Source: Candidatus Bathyarchaeia archaeon
Lineage (GTDB): Archaea; Thermoproteota; Bathyarchaeia; Bathyarchaeales; Bathycorpusculaceae
Assembly: GCA_050010515.1 (NCBI GenBank)
Contig: JBEKKX010000029.1
Coordinates: 1 to 30,875 of the forward strand
DNA length: 30,875 bases
Direction: 5' to 3'
In this document: one piece after another, positions 8,082-16,118 of the stretch
Layout of the letters: the number at the start of each line of letters is the position of its first letter
Position numbering within the stretch: the stretch's first letter is position 1
The notes under the pieces: generated by a model
The model's input: only the letters and a program-made list of their open reading frames with translations
What the model was told of the DNA's origin: nothing
Database searches by the model: none
Program-made: the position numbers and the translations under genes

Positions 8082-9378
8082 TGACCCTGTTGTTTTTGCG
8101 CGGGATTTCTTTGGTTTTGATGCAAAGGAGTATCAGGCTGGGCTTCTTCGGGACAAGAGTAAGCGGATTGTGGTTCGCTGGAGCCGGCAAGCTGGAAAAA
8201 CCACGTGCATTGCGTTGAGGGCAATCTGGTTTGCTTGCATGCACCCGAAGACCTTGACCTTGATTGTGGCTCCTACTCTGCGCCAGAGCATGATCATGGC
8301 GGATCGCATCCAAGACTTTCTTGCAGGCTTGCCGAAAGATAAGAGATCAGCGCTTGTTGAGAAGTTTCAGCGCACAACCGTTGGCTTTTGTAATGGCAGC
8401 CGTATAGTTGCTTTGCCTAATAGTCCGCAGTTGCTTCGTGGCTATACGGCAGCTCAGGTTATCACTGATGAATCAGGATTCTTCAAGGATGATAAGCTCG
8501 TTTTTTATAACGTGCTTTATCCTATGCTGTCAACAACAGATGGTACATTAATCGCAAGCAGCACGCCTTGGAGTAAAGATAGCGTTTTCTTCCGTATGTG
8601 CCAAGCGCCAGAATTCAGTAAGCATTTTATAACATGTGAGGATGTTGTCCGGAGTGGTTTGGTTAAGCAGAGTTTTATTGATGAGATGCGAAGTCAGTTA
8701 CCGTTTGAGCGTTTTCAGCGAGAGTTCATGTCTGAATTCGTAGAAGAGATTGATGCATGGCTAACGCAGAGCCTTATCGTCAGTTGCATCGACAGTCAAC
8801 TAGTGTCTTACGATTTTCAAGCCCAGCTGAAAGGTGATTTTTATGTGGGCGTTGATTTTGGCAAGGAACAAGATTTCAGCGTTGTGCTAGTGGTTGAGAA
8901 GCAAGGATCCGTACTGCGAGTAGTACATTTTCACCGTTTTCCGTTACACACGGAGTATGCTAGCGTCATAGGTTATATCAAGAGTTTACAGGATCGCTGG
9001 AAAATAATCCGAGCAGTATATTCTGACATCACAGGAGTTGGAAACTATATTGTTGAGGATATGGTTCGTAGTGGGATCCAAGGCGTAACTGGAGTAAACT
9101 TCACAGTTAAGTCTAAAGAGGAGATGGCGACGATTCTGAGGGAAAAGATGCGCAGTGGCGAAGTAAAAATCCCCTATGTCCCGACAAGAAAGCTGGACGA
9201 TATTGATCTAACGGCTGAATTGAACATTGAAAAGTTTGAGCTCATGAAGACTGGGCACTTGCGCTTTAGTCATCCTGAAGGTGGCCATGATGACGTGTTT
9301 TGGAGTATTGCACTCGGTGTTTATAGTGCTGTCCAGTCTCCGTTGCCTGGTAGGGGCGCGGTTTTGCTTCCGCATTAA
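7969..9378 (+). CDS. terL: terminase large subunit
   Basis: Walker A SRQAGKT, Walker B ITDES, coupling motif SSTP, RNase H-like GVDFG...D...HDD. Confidence 0.97.
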   Translation: MRSKSFKLKELRKEIDQQKGNLPINAVKQASKALVIPDDPVVFARDFFGFDAKEYQAGLLRDKSKRIVVRWSRQAGKTTCIALRAIWFACMHPKTLTLIVAPTLRQSMIMADRIQDFLAGLPKDKRSALVEKFQRTTVGFCNGSRIVALPNSPQLLRGYTAAQVITDESGFFKDDKLVFYNVLYPMLSTTDGTLIASSTPWSKDSVFFRMCQAPEFSKHFITCEDVVRSGLVKQSFIDEMRSQLPFERFQREFMSEFVEEIDAWLTQSLIVSCIDSQLVSYDFQAQLKGDFYVGVDFGKEQDFSVVLVVEKQGSVLRVVHFHRFPLHTEYASVIGYIKSLQDRWKIIRAVYSDITGVGNYIVEDMVRSGIQGVTGVNFTVKSKEEMATILREKMRSGEVKIPYVPTRKLDDIDLTAELNIEKFELMKTGHLRFSHPEGGHDDVFWSIALGVYSAVQSPLPGRGAVLLPH

Positions 9379-9400
9379 TCAAAATTGGAGGCGAGAATAG

Positions 9401-9574
9401 ATGAAATTGTTAGAAAATCAATGTAAGAAATGGAATGATCGATTGGCTGCTTTGCCTGAGTGGATGCAGGAGATTTTCCTTGAGGACCTATCCGATACTA
9501 TTGAGAATAGATTTGTGGTCTTTGAGGCTCTAGCCAAAAAAAACGCCGGTAAAACAGAGGCTGACAATAAGTAA
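9401..9574 (+). CDS. 57-aa hypothetical protein MKLLENQCKKWNDRLAALPEWMQEIFLEDL...
   Basis: GGAGG RBS; stop overlaps the portal start (TAATG); not in the ORF track. Confidence 0.7.
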   Translation: MKLLENQCKKWNDRLAALPEWMQEIFLEDLSDTIENRFVVFEALAKKNAGKTEADNK

Positions 9575-11022
9575 TGAGTTCTGATGCGGAAAAAAAACAG
9601 GTAGATGTCGTTAATCAGCGAAGCCGCGAATTGGCTCAAAGATTCCGCGCTCAACGTAATGTGCCGCCGCAGGTTAGCAGGCAACAAATTCGTGAGGAGA
9701 TTCCAGTTACATGGGAAAAAGACGCTAATTTGCTGGGTTATATTAACAAGTATATGCTGAAAGGGTCTGGTGCAGGCTTTGTTGTTCCGCCTTACACGGC
9801 CTATTGGGAGCGCCTCTGGGGCGCTGTACCCATTGAGGATCTGCCGAAGTATAAGGATCTCTACAATTTTACTCCATACATTAAAGCAGCTATCGACTGC
9901 ACTATTAACTTGGGCATAAGTAACGGTTTTGAGTTGGAAGGCGGCGACGATGCCGTTCGCGAATGGCTTAGTAATTGGCTTGATGAACAGAACATTCTTG
10001 AGACATTGCGTGTGGTTGCGACGGATATGCTGGATTTCGGCAACGCTTTCTTGGAGATTTGTCGAGATGAAGCCACTGGCGATATCGCATGGCTTAAACC
10101 GCTAGATCCTGTACAAATGCGCGTTCGCCGCAACGAATACGGCGAAGTTTTCGGGTATATTCAACTATTAACGTTTCCCCCAGTAGTTTTTGAAGCTCAA
10201 GACATAATTCATTTTCGCTGGGGCGCTAAGTCCTGGTGGTACGAATTCAATTACGGCATAAGTTTGCTTAGGCCTCTGCTTAAGATTCAAGCGTTAATTA
10301 ACCAGTTTGAAGACGATATGTCAGTTGTCGTTCATACTTACGCAAAGCCGATGCTTGTGATTAAAGCAGGAACTCCTGAGAGACCTTTTAGTGATGCTCA
10401 ACTTCAAACGTTAATGGAGGTTTTTCGTGATCGTAAACCTGCGACGGATATGTTTGTGCGTGGAGACGTTGCAGTTGATGTCGTTCAAAGTATGACTAAA
10501 GACGTTAATCTGCAGTGGTGGCTCGACTACCTCTACAAGCAGCGGGAAGCTGTCCTTGGCGTTCCCAAGATTTTTCTCGGGGAAAGTGAGGGAACAAATC
10601 GTGCAACTGCTGAAACTGTCATGCAGGAGTTTGTTACCCGGTTGCGGATGATGCAGGAGATCCTCAGCGATATCCTGGAGACTGACTTGTTCAAGCAGCT
10701 GATCGAGCATCAATTCGGAGAAAGCGTTGAAGTGCCTGAGATTAAGTGGAAGCCGATTTGGGAGCCAACAGTTGAGGATAAAGCGAAGTTTCTTGTCGGG
10801 TTAGTTCAACAAGGCATAGTTACTCCTGTTGAAGCGCGTATGCAATTGGGTCTTCCGGTTAAGCCTGAAGATGGAACGTTGCCTAAGCAGCCTGCAGAGG
10901 TCCAGGAGCCGGGTAAAGGTGGCGGCGCTGCAGCTGGGCAGTTTGGTAGTCAAATGCTTGTCCGTAAGGATGGCCAGGAATATATTGTCTCAAAACTTAA
11001 GCCGAAACCAAGTGTTTCTTGA
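9574..11022 (+). CDS. portal protein
   Basis: DFGNAFLEI, LKPLDP..MRV, IIHFR, YGISLL, LGVPKIFLG...NRATA, TPVEARMQLGL; follows TerL. Confidence 0.95.
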   Translation: MSSDAEKKQVDVVNQRSRELAQRFRAQRNVPPQVSRQQIREEIPVTWEKDANLLGYINKYMLKGSGAGFVVPPYTAYWERLWGAVPIEDLPKYKDLYNFTPYIKAAIDCTINLGISNGFELEGGDDAVREWLSNWLDEQNILETLRVVATDMLDFGNAFLEICRDEATGDIAWLKPLDPVQMRVRRNEYGEVFGYIQLLTFPPVVFEAQDIIHFRWGAKSWWYEFNYGISLLRPLLKIQALINQFEDDMSVVVHTYAKPMLVIKAGTPERPFSDAQLQTLMEVFRDRKPATDMFVRGDVAVDVVQSMTKDVNLQWWLDYLYKQREAVLGVPKIFLGESEGTNRATAETVMQEFVTRLRMMQEILSDILETDLFKQLIEHQFGESVEVPEIKWKPIWEPTVEDKAKFLVGLVQQGIVTPVEARMQLGLPVKPEDGTLPKQPAEVQEPGKGGGAAAGQFGSQMLVRKDGQEYIVSKLKPKPSVS

Positions 11023-11305
11023 AGCAGTTGATGTCGTTGAAGCTATAGAAGTATTTAGGGCTGCTGTGGTTGATCCAAGGATCCGGTATACTGTTTGGGG
11101 TTATGTTACTGAAGGGTTGGCTCCTAGCCCGAACATGTGCGATGATTGTGATGATCAGAACTGCGACGAGTTTGAGCTGGAAGACCCCGATGATCTCCTA
11201 GATATGTTTCCCTATGGCGAATGGCTTGATGATGATACTTTCGCGGTTAACCTGCATCCGAATTGTCATTGTACAATTATCAGAGAGGAAGATGTGTATT
11301 GGTAA
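10985..11305 (+). CDS. minimal MuF/SPP1 gp7-like minor head protein
   Basis: CDDC...HPNCHC motif, right after the portal; TTG at 10985 is more plausible than 10829. Confidence 0.65.
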   Translation: MSQNLSRNQVFLEAVDVVEAIEVFRAAVVDPRIRYTVWGYVTEGLAPSPNMCDDCDDQNCDEFELEDPDDLLDMFPYGEWLDDDTFAVNLHPNCHCTIIREEDVYW

Positions 11306-11327
11306 CTGGATTTAGGTTTGAAAAGCT

Positions 11328-11639
11328 ATGCCTAGAATTGATGAAGACAAATCAGTTTGGAGATATCGTTATCGTAGCATAACTGAGTTTGATAAGCTAA
11401 AGGTTAACGATGTTGAACGGGGCGTGAAGGTTACACTTGGAAGATTTAAAGGTACATATCGCTGGGGAATTCTTAATTTTATATTTGAGAAAGAACGGTT
11501 TAAGACGTGTGAGCAAATCAGTGGCTGGATTGAGCAGCACGTGAAAACTGAGACTCGCACAGCTATGGATCATAAAGTATGGAATGAATACCGTAAAATG
11601 CTTTTTCAACTTTACATGGAAATATCCCACATTTCATAG
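11328..11639 (+). CDS. head-module hypothetical protein
   Basis: 103 aa; WRYR...F...GVKVTLG...F.K..F...W...H pattern resembles small domains seen beside prohead proteases. Confidence 0.65.
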   Translation: MPRIDEDKSVWRYRYRSITEFDKLKVNDVERGVKVTLGRFKGTYRWGILNFIFEKERFKTCEQISGWIEQHVKTETRTAMDHKVWNEYRKMLFQLYMEISHIS

Positions 11640-11655
11640 TAATTGGTGATAAAAA

Positions 11656-12036
11656 ATGAGTTTTAAAGCAGACGTTTGGACAACAGCATACATAAATGAT
11701 TTACCAGATTCAGCCTTTGCAGTTATTGAACCTGGCGGGAAAAAGGATAGTGAAGGTAAAACTGTGCCGAGTAGCCTAAGGCATTTGCCATATAAGGGTA
11801 AGTCTGGCAAAGTTGATTTGCCTCATTTGCGCAATGCGTTAGCGCGGTTAAGCCAAACTAAAATAAGTCCGGAATTGAAAGAGAAGGCGCGTGTGAAGCT
11901 GGTTAACGCTGCTAAGGATGCTGGCGTCGAAACAAGTTTAGATGAAAAGAAAAGTATGCTCAGCGACATTAACGCTTTCCGCGCTTACCAAGAAGAATTT
12001 TATCGAATGCTCGGCAAAAAGGTCATGGTGATTTAA
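11656..12036 (+). CDS. head-module protein, DUF6582-like
   Basis: INDLPDSAFA...RHLPY...D.PHLRNALARL motif; GGTGA RBS. Confidence 0.7.
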   Translation: MSFKADVWTTAYINDLPDSAFAVIEPGGKKDSEGKTVPSSLRHLPYKGKSGKVDLPHLRNALARLSQTKISPELKEKARVKLVNAAKDAGVETSLDEKKSMLSDINAFRAYQEEFYRMLGKKVMVI

Positions 12037-13311
12037 GTGCAGCTTCATTATTTTGTGCCTTTTAAGGCTCAGGAAGGCGTTTCTGAAGCTTTAGCGCTGA
12101 AGGAAAAGCTCATAAATATTGAGGGTATCGCTGTCGATACGAGCGTAAACGCAAATAAATGGCAGGTTTCTGAGAAAGATTTAGATGTGTTTACTCAGTC
12201 GCTGCTAGGCGTTCAGTTGCGTATGGATCATGCGGAAAGCGTGTTGATGGTTGTTGGTAAAGTCTCCGCGGCAAAACGCAACGGCACCCAAGTGTTTTTT
12301 ACTGCTGAAGTTGGCGATGAAAAATTAATCGAGAAAATCCTTCGTAAATATGTAGATCACGTAAGCGTCCAAGTTGATAGTGACGACGTGGAGTGCAGCA
12401 TGTGCAAAAAGCAGACGAGAAGTGAAGGCATGCTGATTCATCTTTGTCCTGGAGCTTGGGAAATCGTGCATAAACCTAAGGTCCGCGAATTAAGCGTTGT
12501 TGCAAGCCCGGCATATCAGAATACGGCTTTTAAGCCGGTAGGCTTCGGCGCCGCAATGGATCAGAATCAAAGTGAAGCCGAATTGCTTAACGCAAAAAAC
12601 GTTTTAACCTTAAAAATTTGGAAAGCCCAAAAAACAGCACAGTTAGGCCAGTTAGCAGATTCCATAATTTCACAGTCATTTGTTCACACGAGTGATGATG
12701 AGGGTTCTAAACGAAAGTTGCAAGAACCTGAAAAGCAAAAAATGAAAGCAAGCAAGGAAGTGAAGCATATGTCTGAACTTAATGCTCAGAATAATGCTTC
12801 TTCAGATAAAACACATCAAGCAGCTATAGTAAATACGGGCGGCGGAGAGAAACCAGGCAAAGATGAAAGCTACGAAGACATAATGAGTCAGCTTGAGAAA
12901 CTTAGTGAGGCAGTGAAGAGCTGCGGCGGCTCAGGAAATGAAATGGCTGATTTGAACAAGAAAGTTGATGATTTGACAGGTGAAGTAGCGAAGAGAGCTA
13001 CTAAACGTAGTTTAAGCATGAAAATCAGCGCTTTACAGAAGCAACTACAGCAAGATGGCGACGACGATGACGATGACGCGGAAGCTGAAGGCGCCGAAGC
13101 GGAAGGCGCCGAAGCGGAAGGCGCCAAAGGTAAAAAGGGTAAAAAGAGCGAAGCATGCAAAAGTGAGGGTTCAAAAGCTGAAGGCAAAGCGCATGGTAAA
13201 GGCATCGTTGCAACTGATGAGTTAAAAAAAGATGCAGCTGCATCCGCGCTTAACTGCGAATGGTTCAAAGACTTGCTTAAAGCCAACAACAAAATGAAAG
13301 GAATGCAATAA
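12037..13311 (+). CDS. prohead protease fused to scaffold
   Basis: MDH, HVSVQ and RELSVVASPAY protease motifs; coiled-coil, acidic/Lys-rich C-terminal half. Confidence 0.85.
   Translation: MQLHYFVPFKAQEGVSEALALKEKLINIEGIAVDTSVNANKWQVSEKDLDVFTQSLLGVQLRMDHAESVLMVVGKVSAAKRNGTQVFFTAEVGDEKLIEKILRKYVDHVSVQVDSDDVECSMCKKQTRSEGMLIHLCPGAWEIVHKPKVRELSVVASPAYQNTAFKPVGFGAAMDQNQSEAELLNAKNVLTLKIWKAQKTAQLGQLADSIISQSFVHTSDDEGSKRKLQEPEKQKMKASKEVKHMSELNAQNNASSDKTHQAAIVNTGGGEKPGKDESYEDIMSQLEKLSEAVKSCGGSGNEMADLNKKVDDLTGEVAKRATKRSLSMKISALQKQLQQDGDDDDDDAEAEGAEAEGAEAEGAKGKKGKKSEACKSEGSKAEGKAHGKGIVATDELKKDAAASALNCEWFKDLLKANNKMKGMQ
13081..13125 (+). repeat. 3 x 15-bp tandem repeat (EAEGA)
   Basis: GAAGC(T/G)GAAGGCGCC x3. 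Confidence 0.9.
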
Positions 13312-13811
13312 TGTCAGCAACAGGAGTTTTTGAAGGAACTACACCGCTTGTTTCAGATGAATACCTTGTTTCAGCTTTAGCAGGCTCAGCTATCACGATG
13401 GGGCAAGCTCTTGCCATTCAAACAACGTCAACCAGTTTTCCACCGACTGTTATACCGTGTGCAACAGCGAATGCGCCTAACTTTATGGGCTTCGCGCTGA
13501 CAAGCCAACCAACCACTGGCGGACCTATAACTGTCGTATGCAGAGGCGTATGCAGGGCAATATCGGACGGTTCAGCAGCGATAACGGCAGGCGACCAAAT
13601 AACGTGTTCAGCAACGGCAGGTCAGGTAAAAACTTTTGCTCCCACAACTGACGCAACCATAGGCGGAGACATAACAGCACCTTCAGGCGGAGGCGCTTGC
13701 ACAGCTTCAGGCGTAGCAGCAATCATAAACGCTACACGAACAATCATAGGCAAAGCATTGACGCCAGCAGTCGCAACAGCAGGCACAATCTTCTATATAC
13801 TTGTAAAATAA
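13311..13811 (+). CDS. capsid cement/decoration protein (DUF2190-like)
   Basis: Ala/Gly/Thr-rich, AITAGDQI and IIGKAL motifs, between scaffold and MCP. Confidence 0.7.
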   Translation: MSATGVFEGTTPLVSDEYLVSALAGSAITMGQALAIQTTSTSFPPTVIPCATANAPNFMGFALTSQPTTGGPITVVCRGVCRAISDGSAAITAGDQITCSATAGQVKTFAPTTDATIGGDITAPSGGGACTASGVAAIINATRTIIGKALTPAVATAGTIFYILVK

Positions 13812-13831
13812 GAAAAGAGGATTGATTAGAC

Positions 13832-14779
13832 ATGGCATTTGTTGAATCGGCACTAACGTGGGTTGACTCAGGCGCAGTTGCATATCCAGCGCTGCATCAG
13901 AAAATCATCGAATTAACCATGCCGGCACTCGTTGTCAAAAAGCTGTTTCCAGAGTTTCCGTTAGTTCAGGGCAGAACCGCAACGTTTGTGAAGCAAAGCG
14001 GCAGCAGAGCAGCAGCGATCAGTCAAATTTCGGAGGGCGCTGAAATCCCCATGGACTTTACGCCATACACGGAATATACTGTGACACCGTACAAGAAAGG
14101 CTTACGCGAACGCGTATCACGTGAAAACATTGAAGATCTCTATATACCGGTCATTGAGGATCAGCTTAGGCGTGTAGCTCGAAGAATGGCTTTCACCATA
14201 GATAATGATTGCATGACCGTGATAGATCTAGCTGCAGGTAATGCTCCAAGTAACACTTTCGCTGCGACAGGCTTAAGCTTGGGCTCAACAGGAGTACCGT
14301 TTGGTCCCTTTTATCAAACAGGCTCAAGCGGCCCAGTAGCGATCGGCAGCAAAGACCTCTTAGCAGCTAAAGCACTTTTGGAAACCTACAGCTTAATCGC
14401 GGATACAATATTGATTAACCCGGTAAACTTACGCGACGTCATGTATCTACCGCAATTCAGCCTGTGGGCTCAGTATGGCAATGAAGGCGGCCAAGGCGTA
14501 TCGCCAACGCAAACAGGCAAGGTCGGCACGATCTTCGGCATGAACGTTTACGTAAGCATGGTTGTTCCAGTAGGCAAAGCATACGTTATATCCACAGGCC
14601 AAAACTTAAGCGCGGCATATGCACCATTAGGATTCTTCGTTATCAAAAGACCTCTCATGACTGACGTTGAAATCAAGAAAGAATTCGATGCTGTTGATGT
14701 GTCGTTAACTACCAGATATTGCCCGGTAGTAACTTACGGAGAAGCAATCGTTAGAATAACAAACTTAAGCACAGCTTAA
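13832..14779 (+). CDS. major capsid protein, HK97 fold
   Basis: ISEGAEIP, K.G....VSRE.IED, ILINP, GTIFGMNVYVS; 315 aa; position. Confidence 0.95.
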   Translation: MAFVESALTWVDSGAVAYPALHQKIIELTMPALVVKKLFPEFPLVQGRTATFVKQSGSRAAAISQISEGAEIPMDFTPYTEYTVTPYKKGLRERVSRENIEDLYIPVIEDQLRRVARRMAFTIDNDCMTVIDLAAGNAPSNTFAATGLSLGSTGVPFGPFYQTGSSGPVAIGSKDLLAAKALLETYSLIADTILINPVNLRDVMYLPQFSLWAQYGNEGGQGVSPTQTGKVGTIFGMNVYVSMVVPVGKAYVISTGQNLSAAYAPLGFFVIKRPLMTDVEIKKEFDAVDVSLTTRYCPVVTYGEAIVRITNLSTA

Positions 14780-14813
14780 ACTTAAACTTGAATTGCGATT
14801 AAAGTTTTATTCC

Positions 14814-14882
14814 TTTTTTGTTTTTTGCCCAGTTGAAAAAGCTGGCCCTCTTTAGCTTTATGGCTGGGAGAAGCGGGCAAAA
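14814..14882 (+). terminator. oligo-T tract plus structured element after the MCP gene
   Basis: T-run 14814-14826; TTTTGCCC/GGGCAAAA closing stem with internal hairpins. Confidence 0.5.
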
Positions 14883-14895
14883 GGAAGCGAAAAAC

Positions 14896-15192
14896 ATGCT
14901 GAATGAAGATAAAATATTGACTATTCTTGGCTTTGTCGTAACTATAGCAGGCATTGCAAGTTCAGTTGCAACGGGCGCAGGCTACACTCAAGTAGCAACA
15001 ATTATTGCAGGTATAGGCATGATGGCTAAAGGTTGTGGAGACTTCATTAATGGTAACGTAGCAACAGCAACTCAAGAACTAACTACGGCCGTACAAGACG
15101 TAAAAGCGGGAACGCAAGCGCCGGCAACTTCAAAAGCTAAGAAAATGAAGGATGTAGTGAAAAACACTTTGTTTGATCACTTTCATCCTTAA
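14896..15192 (+). CDS. small two-TM membrane protein (holin-like?)
   Basis: start MLNEDK after AAGGAAG; two hydrophobic helices. Confidence 0.6.
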   Translation: MLNEDKILTILGFVVTIAGIASSVATGAGYTQVATIIAGIGMMAKGCGDFINGNVATATQELTTAVQDVKAGTQAPATSKAKKMKDVVKNTLFDHFHP

Positions 15193-15240
15193 CCCATCTT
15201 TTTTTATGCATGTTTAAAATTAAAAGGAGTTTGAAAAAAT

Positions 15241-15402
15241 TTGAGTCAAACAATAGTTGAGAATGCAGATTGGAAACTGATAAAAAACGCAGACGGCACG
15301 CTGCTACTGCAAGACATCGCATTGCAAGAAACAATCGGTATCACAAAAGCGAAGCTGCTTAGTCTTAAAGCTATAGTTGATGGAGCTGCCAGCAATGTCT
15401 AA
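15241..15402 (+). CDS. 53-aa hypothetical protein MSQTIVENADWKLIKNADGTLLLQDIAL...
   Basis: AAGGAG RBS, TTG start, overlaps the next ATG (15395); not in the ORF track. Confidence 0.65.
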   Translation: MSQTIVENADWKLIKNADGTLLLQDIALQETIGITKAKLLSLKAIVDGAASNV

Positions 15403-16049
15403 AAAAGCACATGACAAAGCAAGAAGCGTCGACCGCGTAGCAGCCAGAAATATGTCGACTGTACGTGACAGATGTACGCATAAGACGCGCTGGACAATTT
15501 TCAAGTTCAGTGACGAAGACGGCTTAATCGAAAAACTGCTAAAGAAAGGATTCACGCAAGAACACATTGCTAACTTGTTTCCGCATAGGCTACTTGGAAT
15601 TTCGCGGTTTATTGGGCATCCTAATGCTAAAGGAAACTTGTGCTTGAACACTGGAATTCAAGGATTCGAGAAGTTAATTGCTGGGTTAAGTTCGCCGCCT
15701 AATGCATGGAGTAATACGTACGCGTATTTAGGCGTTGGAGATTCAACAACAGCAGCGGCAGCGACACAGACAGACTTGCAGGCGTCAAGCAACTATACTT
15801 ACGTTGCTATGGCATCGGGCTATCCGTCGCAGTCTTCGCAGACACTTTCATGGCAGGCAAGCTTCAGTTCAGCAGTAGCTAACTACGCGTGGAACGAGTT
15901 TGTTGTTACAAACGCAAGCAGCAAGGGTAGCGGAGTAGTTTTAAACCGATTAGTTAGCTCGCAGGGAACCAAGACCTCAGGGCAGACATGGAAGAAGTTA
16001 CTTTCTCCACTGTATATGGGTCTTGACTGTAAGCATAACCTGGTCATAA
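15395..16049 (+). CDS. virion structural protein (tail-collar/fibre-base-like); proposed spliced CDS join(15395..15987,16016..16049), 208 aa
   Basis: YLGVGDSTTA...TDL...ASF....ANYAWNEF...LNR...GTKTSGQTW; unspliced frame ends KKLLSPLY... at 16060, spliced frame ends WVLTVSITWS*. Confidence 0.7.
15988..16015 (+). other. candidate 28-nt bulge-helix-bulge (BHB/BHL) mRNA intron
   Basis: central helix GCAG(15982-85)/CTGT(16010-13); 3-nt bulges ACA and ATA; inner stem TGGA/TCCA; outer stem CAAGACC/GGTCTTG. Confidence 0.7.
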
Positions 16050-16118
16050 ACTGCGCGTAAACCTTTCTTTATTTTCCCTTTTTTGAAGTTAAATAATAAA
16101 TAAATGGAGTAAAAAATC

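Noticed and set aside
10829-10984. N-terminal extension of the MuF-like ORF
   Set aside because: Overlaps the portal by about 190 nt; TTG at 10985 is more plausible
15147-15190. Second BHB intron in the two-TM gene
   Set aside because: No 4-bp helix with two well-supported 3-nt bulges, and excision gives no better protein
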